Source of the DNA: Trueperaceae bacterium
Lineage (GTDB): Bacteria; Deinococcota; Deinococci; Deinococcales; Trueperaceae
Assembly (NCBI GenBank): GCA_965214405.1
Contig: OZ243956.1
Location: forward strand, 4,224,001-4,288,000
Direction: 5' to 3'
DNA: 64,000 nt
This document shows, piece by piece, positions 39,215-48,743 of this stretch; positions within the stretch are counted from its first letter, which is position 1, and the number at the start of each line of letters is the position of its first letter. The notes beneath the pieces were generated by a model. That model was not told the DNA's origin, searched no databases, and saw only the letters and a program-made list of their open reading frames with translations. The position numbers and the translations under genes are program-made.

Positions 39215-40216
39215 CTAGCGCGTGATGGCGGCGGCGTGCTGCCCTTCAACGAGCGCTTGAACTTCCGGAAGATTGACCAGCGGCAAGTCTCCCCGAATGC
39301 TGTACTTTAGGGCCGCGACCACCACGCCCCAGCGCAGCGCGGTAGGAACCGAACCAAAGGTCAGGTAACCGTAGAGAAATCCCGCCGAAAACGCGTCCCC
39401 GCCGCCCACGCGGTCGACCGCTTCGGCGGGTAAAGCCGTCTCGGTAAAAACTTCGCCGTCGGGCGTGCGGGCCGCCGCGCCCGCCGCGCCTTGGGTGATG
39501 ACGGTAAGGGCCTGAGGATAGGTTTGGGCCAAGGTCTCGAGCAGTCGGGGAGTATCTATATGTGTATCTGCGGACTCGAGCCCAAACATCGCCCGCGCGT
39601 CCCTCTGCGCCACAAAAATAATATCCGCCGTCGCCATCGCGCCGTGACAGCCCGCCTTGGCCTCTTCATAAGACCAAAGTTTGCTGCGGTGGTTCACGTC
39701 GAAACTCACCAGCCACCCCGCCCCTTTCGCCAGAGACAGCGCGTGCAGCGTTGTTTGTGCCGCGCTCTTGCCAATCGCCAGCGAGATGCCGCTGGTGTGG
39801 AAAAGCCGCGCGCCTTGTTCTGTAAAGAGGTTGCTCGGTACGTCGCTTGGTTGAATAAGGCTCACCGCGGAATCTTTGCGGTCGTAAATCACCTGAGCGC
39901 CCCGCGGTTTCGCGCCCTGCTCGACAAAATAGAGCCCCATGCGCGCGTCGTCGGTCCAGCAAACGTGACGCGTGTCGACGCCGTGGCGCTCGAGCTCTCC
40001 GGCGGCGAGGTGGCCCAGCGCGTTGTCCGGCAAGCGGGACAGCCAGCAGGTTTTGAGGCCCAGGCGGGCCAGACCCACCGCCGTATTCGACTCGCTGCCC
40101 GCCACCTCGATGTCCAAGCTGCGGGTCTGCTCGAGCCGCAACAAGCCCGGCGGGGTCAGGCGGAGCATACTCTCGCCCAGGGTCACCACGTCGTAGCGGG
40201 TGTCATAGCGGGTCAT
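39215..40216 (-). CDS. kdgK: 2-keto-3-deoxygluconate kinase (PfkB family)
   Basis: AGSESNTA, FDVNHRSKLW, DRVGGGDAF. Confidence 0.88.
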   Translation of the reverse strand: MTRYDTRYDVVTLGESMLRLTPPGLLRLEQTRSLDIEVAGSESNTAVGLARLGLKTCWLSRLPDNALGHLAAGELERHGVDTRHVCWTDDARMGLYFVEQGAKPRGAQVIYDRKDSAVSLIQPSDVPSNLFTEQGARLFHTSGISLAIGKSAAQTTLHALSLAKGAGWLVSFDVNHRSKLWSYEEAKAGCHGAMATADIIFVAQRDARAMFGLESADTHIDTPRLLETLAQTYPQALTVITQGAAGAAARTPDGEVFTETALPAEAVDRVGGGDAFSAGFLYGYLTFGSVPTALRWGVVVAALKYSIRGDLPLVNLPEVQALVEGQHAAAITR

Positions 40217-40884
40217 GGGGCGGTTCCGGGAGCTTCGGCGGCTTTGACAAAGGCTCGAGCGTGTGTGCTCAACCCCTCCCAATCCTCGTTTTTTAGCGCT
40301 TCCCTATTTAGTAAACTGCTCCCCGTCCCGACCGCGAACGCGCCCTGGTCTAAAAATGCGGTGATGTTTAACAGGTCTACCCCGCCCGTGGGGATGAGTT
40401 TGAGGTAGGGCAGCGGGGCGAGCACGTCTTTGATATAGCCGGGGCCGAGCGTGGTCGCGGGAAATACCTTGACCGCCTCCGCCCCGGCCTGCCACGCGGC
40501 GTGGATTTCGGTCGGGGTAAACGCGCCGGGAAAAATGGGCACACCTGCCTCTTTGCACACTTCGACAATATCCAAATCCATCACCGGCGTGACGACGAAC
40601 TGCGCGCCCGCCTCGAGCGCCTGGTGCGCTTCACTAACGCTACGCACCGAGCCCGCGCCCACCAGGCCTCCGGCTCCTCCAAACGCCTCACGCCGCCGCA
40701 TCCGCCCGATGGCGTCTAAACTGTCGGGGTTGGTCAGGGTAAATTCTTGCACCTTGACGCCCGCGTCCAACAGTGCCGTCGCCACGGCTTCGGCGTGGCT
40801 GAGGTCGTCCTGGCGGATGACGGCCAGGAGCCGGGTGCGGGAGAGGGTCTCGAGCACCGCGCGGGTTGTTTTTGATTCGCTCAT
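40213..40884 (-). CDS. eda: KDPG/KHG aldolase
   Basis: GAQFVVTP, PGAFTPTEI, VKVFPA, IPTGGV; leaderless TAGGAT. Confidence 0.92.
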   Translation of the reverse strand: MSESKTTRAVLETLSRTRLLAVIRQDDLSHAEAVATALLDAGVKVQEFTLTNPDSLDAIGRMRRREAFGGAGGLVGAGSVRSVSEAHQALEAGAQFVVTPVMDLDIVEVCKEAGVPIFPGAFTPTEIHAAWQAGAEAVKVFPATTLGPGYIKDVLAPLPYLKLIPTGGVDLLNITAFLDQGAFAVGTGSSLLNREALKNEDWEGLSTHARAFVKAAEAPGTAP

Positions 40885-41044
40885 GGCCGCCATCCTACCG
40901 CGTTGCGCGGTTCGTCGTTGGATGCTGCGAGCAGTTAAACATGTTTGATAATCACGCTTCCTACAGGACGACGTAGAAAAGTAGACACATTATGCGTTTC
41001 AACAGAGAGCGGGAGCGAGTGTGACTTCAGTTACACTTTCATGT

Positions 41045-41278
41045 ATGAAAACGGCCATTTCCATTCCCGACGATATCTTTCAAAAAGCCGAAGAGACGGC
41101 GCGCACACTTCGTATGTCACGCAGCGAACTCTACGCCAAAGCTGTCGAGGCGTTTATCAAGCAGCACCAGGCGGACGCCGTCACCGCCACGCTGAACACC
41201 CTTTACAAGAAAGAAGAGAGCGGGCTGGACCCGGAGATGACCCATATGCAGGCCGCCTCGCTCGAGACCGATGGGTGA
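41045..41278 (+). CDS. Ribbon-helix-helix antitoxin (MazE/CopG-like)
   Basis: MKTAISIPDDIF...MSRSELYAKA; leaderless TACACT. Confidence 0.85.
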   Translation: MKTAISIPDDIFQKAEETARTLRMSRSELYAKAVEAFIKQHQADAVTATLNTLYKKEESGLDPEMTHMQAASLETDG

Positions 41279-41612
41279 ATCCGGGTGAGATTTGGTGGGC
41301 GGACCTGCCGGTGCCGGAGGGGTCCGAACCGGGTTACCGACGCCCTGTTCTCATCGTTTCGTCGAGCATTTTCAACCGTAGCGCCATCCGCACGGTACTC
41401 GCGGTTGTGGTGACCTCGAACACCCGCCTTAGCAAGGCACCCGGCAATATCTTTTATCTACCAATGCAACCGGACTGTCCAAAGATGCGGTCGCCAATAT
41501 TTCTCAGGTCGTCACAGTGGACAAAGCATTTTTGGACAAACGCGTCGGCGTTTTGTCTGCCAATGTACTTGCTGAGGTTAAAAATGGTTTAAGGCTGGTG
41601 CTCGAGCTTTAA
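41275..41612 (+). pseudogene. mazF: PemK/MazF toxin with 1-nt frameshift in T-run 41452-41455
   Basis: GEIWWADL...GSEPGYRRPVLIVS; C-terminal half LSKDAVANISQVVTVDK...LRLVLEL is in the -1 frame. Confidence 0.85.
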
Positions 41613-42164
41613 TGGCGTTTTACGCCTTGCTGCTTATACATCCTAAAGCTGACCCCTTACCAGCCCAAACGCCAGCGCCCACATCACAAGCGCAATAAGC
41701 GCGTCCAGCACGCGCCACGCCGCCGCGCGCCTAAAGACCGGGGCGAGAAACGACGCGCCAAAGCCCAAAACCGAAAACCAGATGAGGGACGCGCTCGAGG
41801 CGCCCGCCCAAAAAATGACGCGCTCGTTACCCTCGTACTGAGCCGCAATACTGCCCAAAAGCACGACCGTATCGAGGTAAACGTGGGGGTTAAGAAGGCT
41901 CAGCGCCAGCGCCGTTAGTAGAGCGCCGCGACGGCTAAGCGCAGCGCCTACGCCGCCAGCCTGGAGCCCCGCCGAACCCCGCACCGCGCTCCTCAAGGCC
42001 AAAGCGCCGTAGATAAAGAGAAAAACCGCCCCGCCCCAGGCCGCAAAGGGCGTCAGGAGCGGAAACCGTGCGACTAGGGTGCCAAATCCCAACACGCCCA
42101 AAAGAATGAGGCTAAAGTCGCACAGCGTGCAGACAAAAACAACGGACGCGACGTGCTCTTTTTT

Positions 42165-42713
42165 CAGTCCCTCGTGGGAACCCACCGTCTATGACGGTGG
42201 TGATGTCTGTTCGGCTGTGCCGTATTCTACTGTGTGCCGAAGTACCGCAAGCTAACGCACGTTGTTTACCAATGCGACTACCACATCGTGTGGGCACCGA
42301 AGTACCGTTACCGAGTGCTGACGGGAGCGGTCAAGGACATGGTCGAGAAGGACATCAGGACACTATGCGAGTGGAAAGAGGTGGAGGTGCTAGAGCTGAG
42401 CGTACAGGCAGACCACGTACATCTGGTGTGTTCTGTCCCGCCCAAGCTGTCTATCTCGTCACTGATGGGGTTTCTGAAAGGGAAGCTGGCGATAAAGCTG
42501 TTCAAGAGTTACCCGGCGCTAAAGCAAAAGCCTTATTGGGGCAACCACTTCTGGTCACGCGGCTACTTCGTGAACACGGTAGGGATGAACGAAGACCTCA
42601 TCAGGCGCTACGTAAAGTATCAAGAAGAGCAGGAGAAGCAAGAGGAAAGGAGCCGCCAGGACTTCCTCTTTTAGAGTCACTTCTCAATTCCACCACCTTT
42701 GGTGGTGGTCGTT
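42165..42713 (+). mobile_element. IS200/IS605-family element (tnpA only)
   Basis: Subterminal hairpins CACCGTC-TAT-GACGGTG and CCACCACC-TTT-GGTGGTGG; inserted at a T-run with no clear TSD; ends approximate to within 1-2 nt. Confidence 0.9.
42234..42674 (+). CDS. tnpA: Y1 (HUH) transposase TnpA
   Basis: YHIVWAPKYR, DHVHL, FWSRGYF, IRRYV. Confidence 0.95.
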   Translation: MPKYRKLTHVVYQCDYHIVWAPKYRYRVLTGAVKDMVEKDIRTLCEWKEVEVLELSVQADHVHLVCSVPPKLSISSLMGFLKGKLAIKLFKSYPALKQKPYWGNHFWSRGYFVNTVGMNEDLIRRYVKYQEEQEKQEERSRQDFLF

Positions 42714-42849
42714 TAATCCCTGCCGCAGCACAAACGCGTTCTGCGCGCCGATGGCGACAATGAGGCCCAAGCCGATGCCAAAGCCGCTCAAAAAGGTCTG
42801 CATCACTCTATTTCGTTGGTAGGAGATTTGACTCGGCTGGGTTCACCAC

Positions 42850-43248
42850 TCAATTTTGAACCAGCGCGTGCGCCTGAAGCGTCTCGAGTTCCACCACCTC
42901 CAGCGCCCGCTCGTGCGTGCTCTCCAAAATCACGGGCGGCGCTACCCCTGCCTCCAGCGCTTCTCGCCACCTTGCCGCGCACAAACACCAGCGGTCACCC
43001 GCCTTGAGGCCCGCAAAGCCGTACTCGGGTCGCGGCGTGACAAGGTCGTTGCCGCGCGAGGTGCTGAAGTCCAAAAATTCTTGCGTGACCCTCGAGCAGA
43101 CCACATGCACGCCCGCGTCCTCGGGGCCGGTTTCGCAGCTCCCGGTGCGGTAGAAGCCGGTGAGGGGTTCTACGCCACACGGTTTGAGGGGTTCTTGAAG
43201 GACGTTGCGGTCTGTGTTGCGGTCTGTGATGTTGGGCTCTAAATCCAT
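42850..43248 (-). CDS. DUF2237 family protein
   Basis: PLTGFYRTGSC, GNDLVTPRP, GDRWCLCAARW. Confidence 0.9.
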   Translation of the reverse strand: MDLEPNITDRNTDRNVLQEPLKPCGVEPLTGFYRTGSCETGPEDAGVHVVCSRVTQEFLDFSTSRGNDLVTPRPEYGFAGLKAGDRWCLCAARWREALEAGVAPPVILESTHERALEVVELETLQAHALVQN

Positions 43249-43264
43249 ACGCCTACTTTAGCCT

Positions 43265-44164
43265 CTAAAGAAGGGTCAAAAGCGTTTCCGCCACCTTAAT
43301 GTCCGTCTCGCCGTCACTTCCGTGGTCTTCAACGTGCCAACAGGCGGACAAAACCGCATTAACGAAACCCCAGGCGGCGATTTCTGAGGCTTCCATCCCC
43401 AGCATCTCGCCAAAAATTCCCACGCGGCGGCTCAGGATGCGCGGTAAATGCGGGCGCGTTGCGAGTTCCGGCAGGGGATTCATCAAAAAAGACCCCACGT
43501 CGTAGCCGCGCGCTCCGACGATGCCTTTAGGGTCGATGGCGAGGTAAGGCTCTCTCGTGGCGCTGAGGATGTTGTCGTGGTGCAAGTCTGCGTGGAGTAG
43601 GACGGGCTCGTCCGTTTGCAAAAGGTCGTTTAGCAAGACGTTGGCTTTCTCGACCAGCGCGTAGGGGAGAGGGCCGCTGCCTTGCGAGTGTGTATGCGCA
43701 TATTTGGGCAGCGCCCGCGTCCACCTTTGAAGGAGGCGAAAAGGATGCCCTTCCGGAACCGGACGCCACAGCTGCTGCAAAAGGGTCGCGGCGATGCGGG
43801 TGGCTTCATCGTCGTCCGTGCGCCACAGGGAAACGCCGGGGGTGAGGCGCTCGAGCAGCAGCGCCTGCACCTCGGGCGCGTGCGCGACGAGCTTGACCAT
43901 CCCGTCGCCGTCATAAAATTCCAGGGCGGCGGCCTCGAGCGCGAGTTCGTCGTTGGGCAGGCTCAGCTTGAGGACGTAAGGCGCACCGTCCGCGCCCACC
44001 GCGGGCGCGACGACGTGATACGAAAGATTTGGGAAGGGCTCGCCCACACGGATATTCCAGCGCGTTTCGCAGGCGCGGAGGTGATCGTCTAAGCTCCCCA
44101 ACCACGGCGCGGCATCTTTATGAATATCATGCAAGTTGCGAACGAGCACGGGCGGGAGCTTCAC
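43265..44164 (-). CDS. Aminoglycoside/hydroxyurea phosphotransferase (APH(6)-like)
   Basis: LLLERL, LLHADLHHDNIL, IDPKG. Confidence 0.85.
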   Translation of the reverse strand: MKLPPVLVRNLHDIHKDAAPWLGSLDDHLRACETRWNIRVGEPFPNLSYHVVAPAVGADGAPYVLKLSLPNDELALEAAALEFYDGDGMVKLVAHAPEVQALLLERLTPGVSLWRTDDDEATRIAATLLQQLWRPVPEGHPFRLLQRWTRALPKYAHTHSQGSGPLPYALVEKANVLLNDLLQTDEPVLLHADLHHDNILSATREPYLAIDPKGIVGARGYDVGSFLMNPLPELATRPHLPRILSRRVGIFGEMLGMEASEIAAWGFVNAVLSACWHVEDHGSDGETDIKVAETLLTLL

Positions 44165-44174
44165 AGGTTTAACT

Positions 44175-45137
44175 CTACAGCATCAGCCACTCGAGGTGCT
44201 TTGGCTCGAGCCTAAACGCGTGTCGGTCGAGTTTGGCGGGGCGGTAGGGCTCGAGCAGGTCTTCAGGTTTAACTTCTTTAGGTTCATCGAGCAGCCCGAG
44301 CGTAAAAGCGAGAAGCCCCACCACGCGCTCCGGGTTAACGCCCTCGTCTCTCAAAGAAGCCAACGTTAAAGAGCCTTTGCGCTTCGCCATCCGCTCACCG
44401 TCCACGTCCAAAAGCAGGGGTACGTGGAGGTAGCGGGGCGGCGGCTTGTCCAGCGCCTCGTATAAAAGAAGCTGCGCGCCCGTGCTGGTGAGCAGGTCGT
44501 CGCCGCGCACCACCTCGTTTATGTTCATGGCGATATCGTCCACCACCACCGCGAGTTGATAGGCCCAAAGCCCGTCGGCGCGCCTCACGACGAAATCACC
44601 GACCTCGGACGTTACCTCTATGTTTTGAGGCCCTGCCAACGCGTCATCAAAGGTGACGGTTTGAGGCTCGACCAAAAAGCGCAGGCTCGGCGTTTTGCCT
44701 TTCCTTTGTTTTTGCCCCCTGCAATGCGCGTTGCGTTCTCTTTCTCTCTCACCGTAGACAAAGCCGCGCCCGTGCGGCGCGGAGGAGGCCTCACGGAGGT
44801 CCTTACGTGACAAGTAGCAGGCGAAGATTTTATTCCGGGCCTCGAGCCTCCGCAGCGTCTCCTCATAAAACGCGCCGCGCTCGCTCTGCTTGTATGGCCT
44901 GTAGGGGCCGCCCACGTCCGGCCCCTCGTCCCACTCGAGCCCCAGCCAGCGCAGTTCATCTAAGTTACCCGTCACCGCCTCCGCTACAGTGCGCGGCGCG
45001 TCCAAATCCTCAACGCGCATTATGAACGCGCCACCTTGACTCCGGGCGCTCAACCAAGCGACCAAGGCCGTGCGGGCGTTGCCCAAATGCAAGGGACCGG
45101 TAGGGGAGGGGGCGTAGCGGCCTCGCACGGGAATCAT
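44175..45137 (-). CDS. gluQ: Glutamyl-Q tRNA(Asp) synthetase
   Basis: RYAPSPTGPLHLGN, YQLAVVVDD, VVRGDDL, RMAKR; no anticodon-binding domain. Confidence 0.9.
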   Translation of the reverse strand: MIPVRGRYAPSPTGPLHLGNARTALVAWLSARSQGGAFIMRVEDLDAPRTVAEAVTGNLDELRWLGLEWDEGPDVGGPYRPYKQSERGAFYEETLRRLEARNKIFACYLSRKDLREASSAPHGRGFVYGERERERNAHCRGQKQRKGKTPSLRFLVEPQTVTFDDALAGPQNIEVTSEVGDFVVRRADGLWAYQLAVVVDDIAMNINEVVRGDDLLTSTGAQLLLYEALDKPPPRYLHVPLLLDVDGERMAKRKGSLTLASLRDEGVNPERVVGLLAFTLGLLDEPKEVKPEDLLEPYRPAKLDRHAFRLEPKHLEWLML

Positions 45138-45175
45138 TTACTCATTAAATCATGAAACCGTGCCATAATAAAACT

Positions 45176-45433
45176 ATGAAGCAAGTGGAACTTAAACGCA
45201 TTGGGCAAAGCGGTCAGCTTACGCTGGGAAAACAGTATGCGGGAAAACTCCTCCGCGTGGAAAAACTCGAGGACGGACGCTTCATCCTGACGCCCGTGGT
45301 AGACGTTCCCGAGTCGCAACTGTGGACGCTGCAAGAGCCGCACAAAAGCCGCATCCAACGAGGGCTCGAGTGGGCGGAAAACAGCGAGCCGACAGAAACC
45401 GATGTGGATGCATTGCTACAAACACAGCGGTGA
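45176..45433 (+). CDS. AbrB-like putative antitoxin
   Basis: GQSGQLTLGKQYAG; GTGA coupling to next gene. Confidence 0.65.
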   Translation: MKQVELKRIGQSGQLTLGKQYAGKLLRVEKLEDGRFILTPVVDVPESQLWTLQEPHKSRIQRGLEWAENSEPTETDVDALLQTQR

Positions 45434-45735
45434 GCCGCGTCAGGCTTGACCTGAATTCTCCGGCTTTTCTCGAGGTGTTCCTGAATCTGCGCGGGAGTGA
45501 CCTAGAGCAGGTTGCCAAAAGTTTGGATAGGTTGCGCGCGCTCGAGTGGGAGGCGGTCTACCGCTCGAAGGGTCTTAATTGGGAGGCCATCGACCACATC
45601 CCCGCGCCCAAGGGTCAGGGTAAAGTTTATTCGGTGCGGCTGAGCAAAAAGGCTCGAGCGCTCGTCTACCGCGAGGGCGACTTTATGCGCTTCATCTCGC
45701 TTCACCCCGACTACGATTCGGCTTATAAACGTTAG
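45430..45735 (+). CDS. RelE/ParE-like putative toxin
   Basis: GLNWEAI...YSVRLSKKARA...FISLHPDYDSAY. Confidence 0.6.
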   Translation: MSRVRLDLNSPAFLEVFLNLRGSDLEQVAKSLDRLRALEWEAVYRSKGLNWEAIDHIPAPKGQGKVYSVRLSKKARALVYREGDFMRFISLHPDYDSAYKR

Positions 45736-46184
45736 AGTCCGCCCACCTTTTCAATAGCCTGACAGAACCTCAGCAGATACCCATCCGGGTCCTGAATCAA
45801 AAACTCGCGCTGTCCTGACAGCACGTTACCCGTTTTGTACCAACCGTCTCTAACATCTCGAAAAAACGGATGGTTGGCTGCTTTTAATCGCTCGTAAAGC
45901 GGTGCGATATCATCAAGCTCGATCTGAAAGTTGATGCCGCGCCCAAAGGGAGGCTCGAGCCCCCCCGTCTGCCACCCATCGATGCTCGTTTGTTGCAGCA
46001 TAAACTGGACCTCTTCTAGCTCGAGGTAAACAAACAGGTCGCGGCTGAACAACACCTCGAAGCCCAAAATCTCAGTGTAAAACTGGACGCTTTGCTCAAA
46101 ATCCGAAACACTCAACTCCGGCACGAGTTTGCGCCACTCGAACGGCCTACCGGACGCGGATACCACGCTCGTCCATCCCTTCAA
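45732..46184 (-). CDS. VOC/glyoxalase (bleomycin-resistance-like) protein
   Basis: LVPELSVSD, GRGINFQI, QDPDGYLLRF. Confidence 0.88.
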   Translation of the reverse strand: MKGWTSVVSASGRPFEWRKLVPELSVSDFEQSVQFYTEILGFEVLFSRDLFVYLELEEVQFMLQQTSIDGWQTGGLEPPFGRGINFQIELDDIAPLYERLKAANHPFFRDVRDGWYKTGNVLSGQREFLIQDPDGYLLRFCQAIEKVGGL

Positions 46185-46725
46185 CAGTTGCGAGGCTGAC
46201 GATGGGGACGCCTAAACTTTCAATCTGCGCCCGCCCCTCCTCGAACGCCTTTTCAATCACGCAGCCCACGCCCAAAAGCGTCGCGCCGCTTACTTTAACG
46301 AGGTCAGCCAGCGCCACAATGGTTTTACCCGACGCCAAAAAGTCGTCAATAATCAGCACCCGGTCCTCACGGTGCAAATATTCGGGCGAGACGATGAGGC
46401 TGCTCACGCCGCCCTTGGTGCGGCTCGGGGCCTGGGCCTCGAACACGGTGTTGGGCATGGTGACGGGCCGCTTTTTGCGCGCGTAAACCACGGGCACGCC
46501 TAGCGCGAGCCCCGCCGCGAGCGCGGGCGCGATGCCCGACACCTCGGCGGTAATGATTTTGCTCACGCCGGTCACGCCCAACGCTGTAAAGCGCTCCGCG
46601 AACGCCTCGCCCATGTCGCGGGTGAGTGCGGGGTCGAGCTGGTGATTCAAAAAGCCGTCCACCTTGAGGATGCCGCCGCCTAAGTTCTGGCCTTCCTCGA
46701 GGATGCGCTCAACAAGCCCCTTCAC
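46147..46725 (-). CDS. xpt: Xanthine phosphoribosyltransferase
   Basis: LKVDGFLNHQLDP, TAEVSGIAPA, IIDDFLASG, IEKAFEEGR. Confidence 0.92.
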   Translation of the reverse strand: MKGLVERILEEGQNLGGGILKVDGFLNHQLDPALTRDMGEAFAERFTALGVTGVSKIITAEVSGIAPALAAGLALGVPVVYARKKRPVTMPNTVFEAQAPSRTKGGVSSLIVSPEYLHREDRVLIIDDFLASGKTIVALADLVKVSGATLLGVGCVIEKAFEEGRAQIESLGVPIVSLATVEGMDERGIRVR

Positions 46726-46972
46726 AGGGTGTGGTTTCTTGCGAGGGGGTGGGGCTCGAGGGTCGGCGGATTTTCTCCTGCAACATGGGCACTTTGATAA
46801 ATGAAAGTGTGGGTTGTGCGGTTCGCGCGTGGGGGGTGCGTCGGCGTCATGCCACACGCTAACATGAGGTGATGGGTGATTATTTTGGGGTGGGGGCTCT
46901 AGCTGACCTTTCTGATCTCTAAGTCTGTCTCACCAAGCTTTTCCTACATTTGCGTGCTAAAATTTTATACAG

Positions 46973-47182
46973 ATGAAGCGCGAAGAGGTTTACTGTTCTC
47001 ATCCTCAAACTTTAGGTGGAACGCCCGTCTTTACAGGTACGCGCGTTCCGGTTCAAACCTTGCTCAATTATTTAGAGGGCGGCGATACCTTAGACGAGTT
47101 TCTAGACAGCTTCCCCGGTGTAAGCCGTGAGCAAGCGGTTGCTTTTCTCGAGATGGCAAAGGATGCACTTTTAGCAACGTGA
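46973..47182 (+). CDS. DUF433 antitoxin-like protein
   Basis: LGGTPVFTGTRVPV, FPGVSREQA. Confidence 0.88.
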   Translation: MKREEVYCSHPQTLGGTPVFTGTRVPVQTLLNYLEGGDTLDEFLDSFPGVSREQAVAFLEMAKDALLAT

Positions 47183-47505
47183 GGCGAGTGCTACTTGACG
47201 AAAATATGGACCGAAAGCTAAAGCGCTCGTTTGATTCATCTTTTAGGGTGGTGACTGTACGTGAGCGGGGTTGGAGCGGAAAGAAAAACGGCGAGTGGTT
47301 ACGCGCAGCAGAGCTCGAGTTTGATGTGTTGGTCACGCTCGACCGAAGTAGGCAGCACCAGCAGCACCTGACGAAGTACGATTTGGCTGTGGTGCTGACA
47401 TTATCGCGCAGTCGTCGTCGTGCAGACATTGAGCCAGCAATGGGTGAAGTGAACCGCTCGGTTCATGAGGCTCGAGCGGGCGTTCTTGTTACCGTGTCGG
47501 CGTAA
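47179..47505 (+). CDS. DUF5615 PIN-like toxin
   Basis: VLLDENM, GWSGKKNGE, LVTLDR. Confidence 0.8.
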   Translation: MRRVLLDENMDRKLKRSFDSSFRVVTVRERGWSGKKNGEWLRAAELEFDVLVTLDRSRQHQQHLTKYDLAVVLTLSRSRRRADIEPAMGEVNRSVHEARAGVLVTVSA

Positions 47506-47508
47506 GCC

Positions 47509-47673
47509 ATGAAAGAGTCACGTTTCCGTAACCCTCACAATTTGCCCGTCAAAACCTGCCCCGTCTGCTCCCGCCCCTTTCACTGGCGTAAAAAGTGGGC
47601 GCGCAACTGGGACGAGGTCCGCTACTGCTCAGACGCGTGCCGGAAAAACAAGGGAAAAGTCTCTAAGGACTGA
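47509..47673 (+). CDS. DUF2256 small Zn-finger protein, 54 aa
   Basis: Not in ORF track. [33 protein letters not shown]. Confidence 0.9.
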   Translation: MKESRFRNPHNLPVKTCPVCSRPFHWRKKWARNWDEVRYCSDACRKNKGKVSKD

Positions 47674-47675
47674 AG

Positions 47676-48743
47676 TTAAGGCGTGACGCTGAGCGCCCGC
47701 TCTTGCTTTTCCGTCACCTGGCCTATCACGGCGCTCCTGGGAAAGCGGGGGCGGAGCACTTCTAACACTTCGTCCGTTCGCGCGGCGTCCACACTCAAAA
47801 GCAGCCCGCCGCTCGTTTGCGGGTCGACCAGCGTCCACCACTGGGTTTCGCTCAAGTCCGCCCGCCCGCTCACGTGGGGGTCAACGTAATGCGTGTTGCT
47901 CCGGTGCGCCTTGGTCAAGATGCCACGCGCCAACGTTTCGTCCGCGTGCGCTAGCAGGGGCACTGCGCCCGCACTAATCAAAAGCGTTTTATCCGAGCCT
48001 TGCGCCAAGTGAAGCGCGTGACCGAGAACGCCGAAACCTGTGACGTCGGTGGCGGCGTGGACCGTGCGGTGTAGGGGGTCGGGCAGCTCGAGCTTATTAA
48101 GCGTTTTCATCGAGGCGATGGCCTCTTCAATATCCGCGCCCTCGACCTCGCCGTTTTTGAGCGCGCCCGTGAGCGTGCCCGTGCCGACGGCCTTGGTGAG
48201 AATCAGCGCGTCGCCCGCCCGCGCCCCGCGGTTCGTCCAGAGATTTTGGGGATGCGCGAGCCCTGTAACGCTAAAGCCGAGCTTGAGCGTGTCGTCGTCA
48301 ATCGAGTGCCCGCCGACAAGCCTCGCGCCCGCCTCGTTGATCTTTTCAACCGCGCCCGCCATGAGGCTGCGCAAAACGTCTAAGGGAAGCGTGTCCAGGG
48401 GATACGCGAGGATGGTGAGCGCGGTCGTCGGCGTCGCCCCCATCGCAAACACGTCCGAGAGCGCGTTGGCCGCCGCGACCGCGCCGAAGTCGAAGGGGTC
48501 GTCCAGAATAGGGGTAAAAAAGTCGAGCGTCTGGACCATCACCTGCTCGTCGTCTAAGCGCCACACCGCCGCGTCGTCCAAAAAGTCGGTACCGACGAGG
48601 AGGTCCGGGTGCGCCTGCCGGGGCAGCGTCTGGAGAAGCCCGGCGAGCGTGCCCGCGGCGATTTTGGCGGCGCAACCGCCCTTGGTCACGGTCTGCGTCA
48701 GGCGGATGGGGGCAGGGGGTGTTGGGTCAGCCACGCGGTACAC
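47676..48743 (-). CDS. selD: Selenide, water dikinase (Cys form)
   Basis: GGCAAKI, DDAAV, QTLDFFTP, GGHS, TDVTGFG, DPQTSGGLL. Confidence 0.95.
   Translation of the reverse strand: MYRVADPTPPAPIRLTQTVTKGGCAAKIAAGTLAGLLQTLPRQAHPDLLVGTDFLDDAAVWRLDDEQVMVQTLDFFTPILDDPFDFGAVAAANALSDVFAMGATPTTALTILAYPLDTLPLDVLRSLMAGAVEKINEAGARLVGGHSIDDDTLKLGFSVTGLAHPQNLWTNRGARAGDALILTKAVGTGTLTGALKNGEVEGADIEEAIASMKTLNKLELPDPLHRTVHAATDVTGFGVLGHALHLAQGSDKTLLISAGAVPLLAHADETLARGILTKAHRSNTHYVDPHVSGRADLSETQWWTLVDPQTSGGLLLSVDAARTDEVLEVLRPRFPRSAVIGQVTEKQERALSVTP

Larger units (their letters stand above)
41643..42803 (-). pseudogene. LysE/ArgO amino-acid exporter split by an IS200
   Basis: N-part MQTFLSGFGIGLGLIVAIGAQNAFVLRQG (42803-42715); C-part KKEH...LNPHVYLDTVVLLG. 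Confidence 0.88.

Noticed and set aside
40945..41592. 215-aa ORF appearing to be a long MazF fusion
   Set aside because: Artefact of an upstream open frame plus the frameshift; the real start is GTG 41275.
46726..46870. Purine riboswitch upstream of xpt
   Set aside because: The conserved aptamer core is not present.
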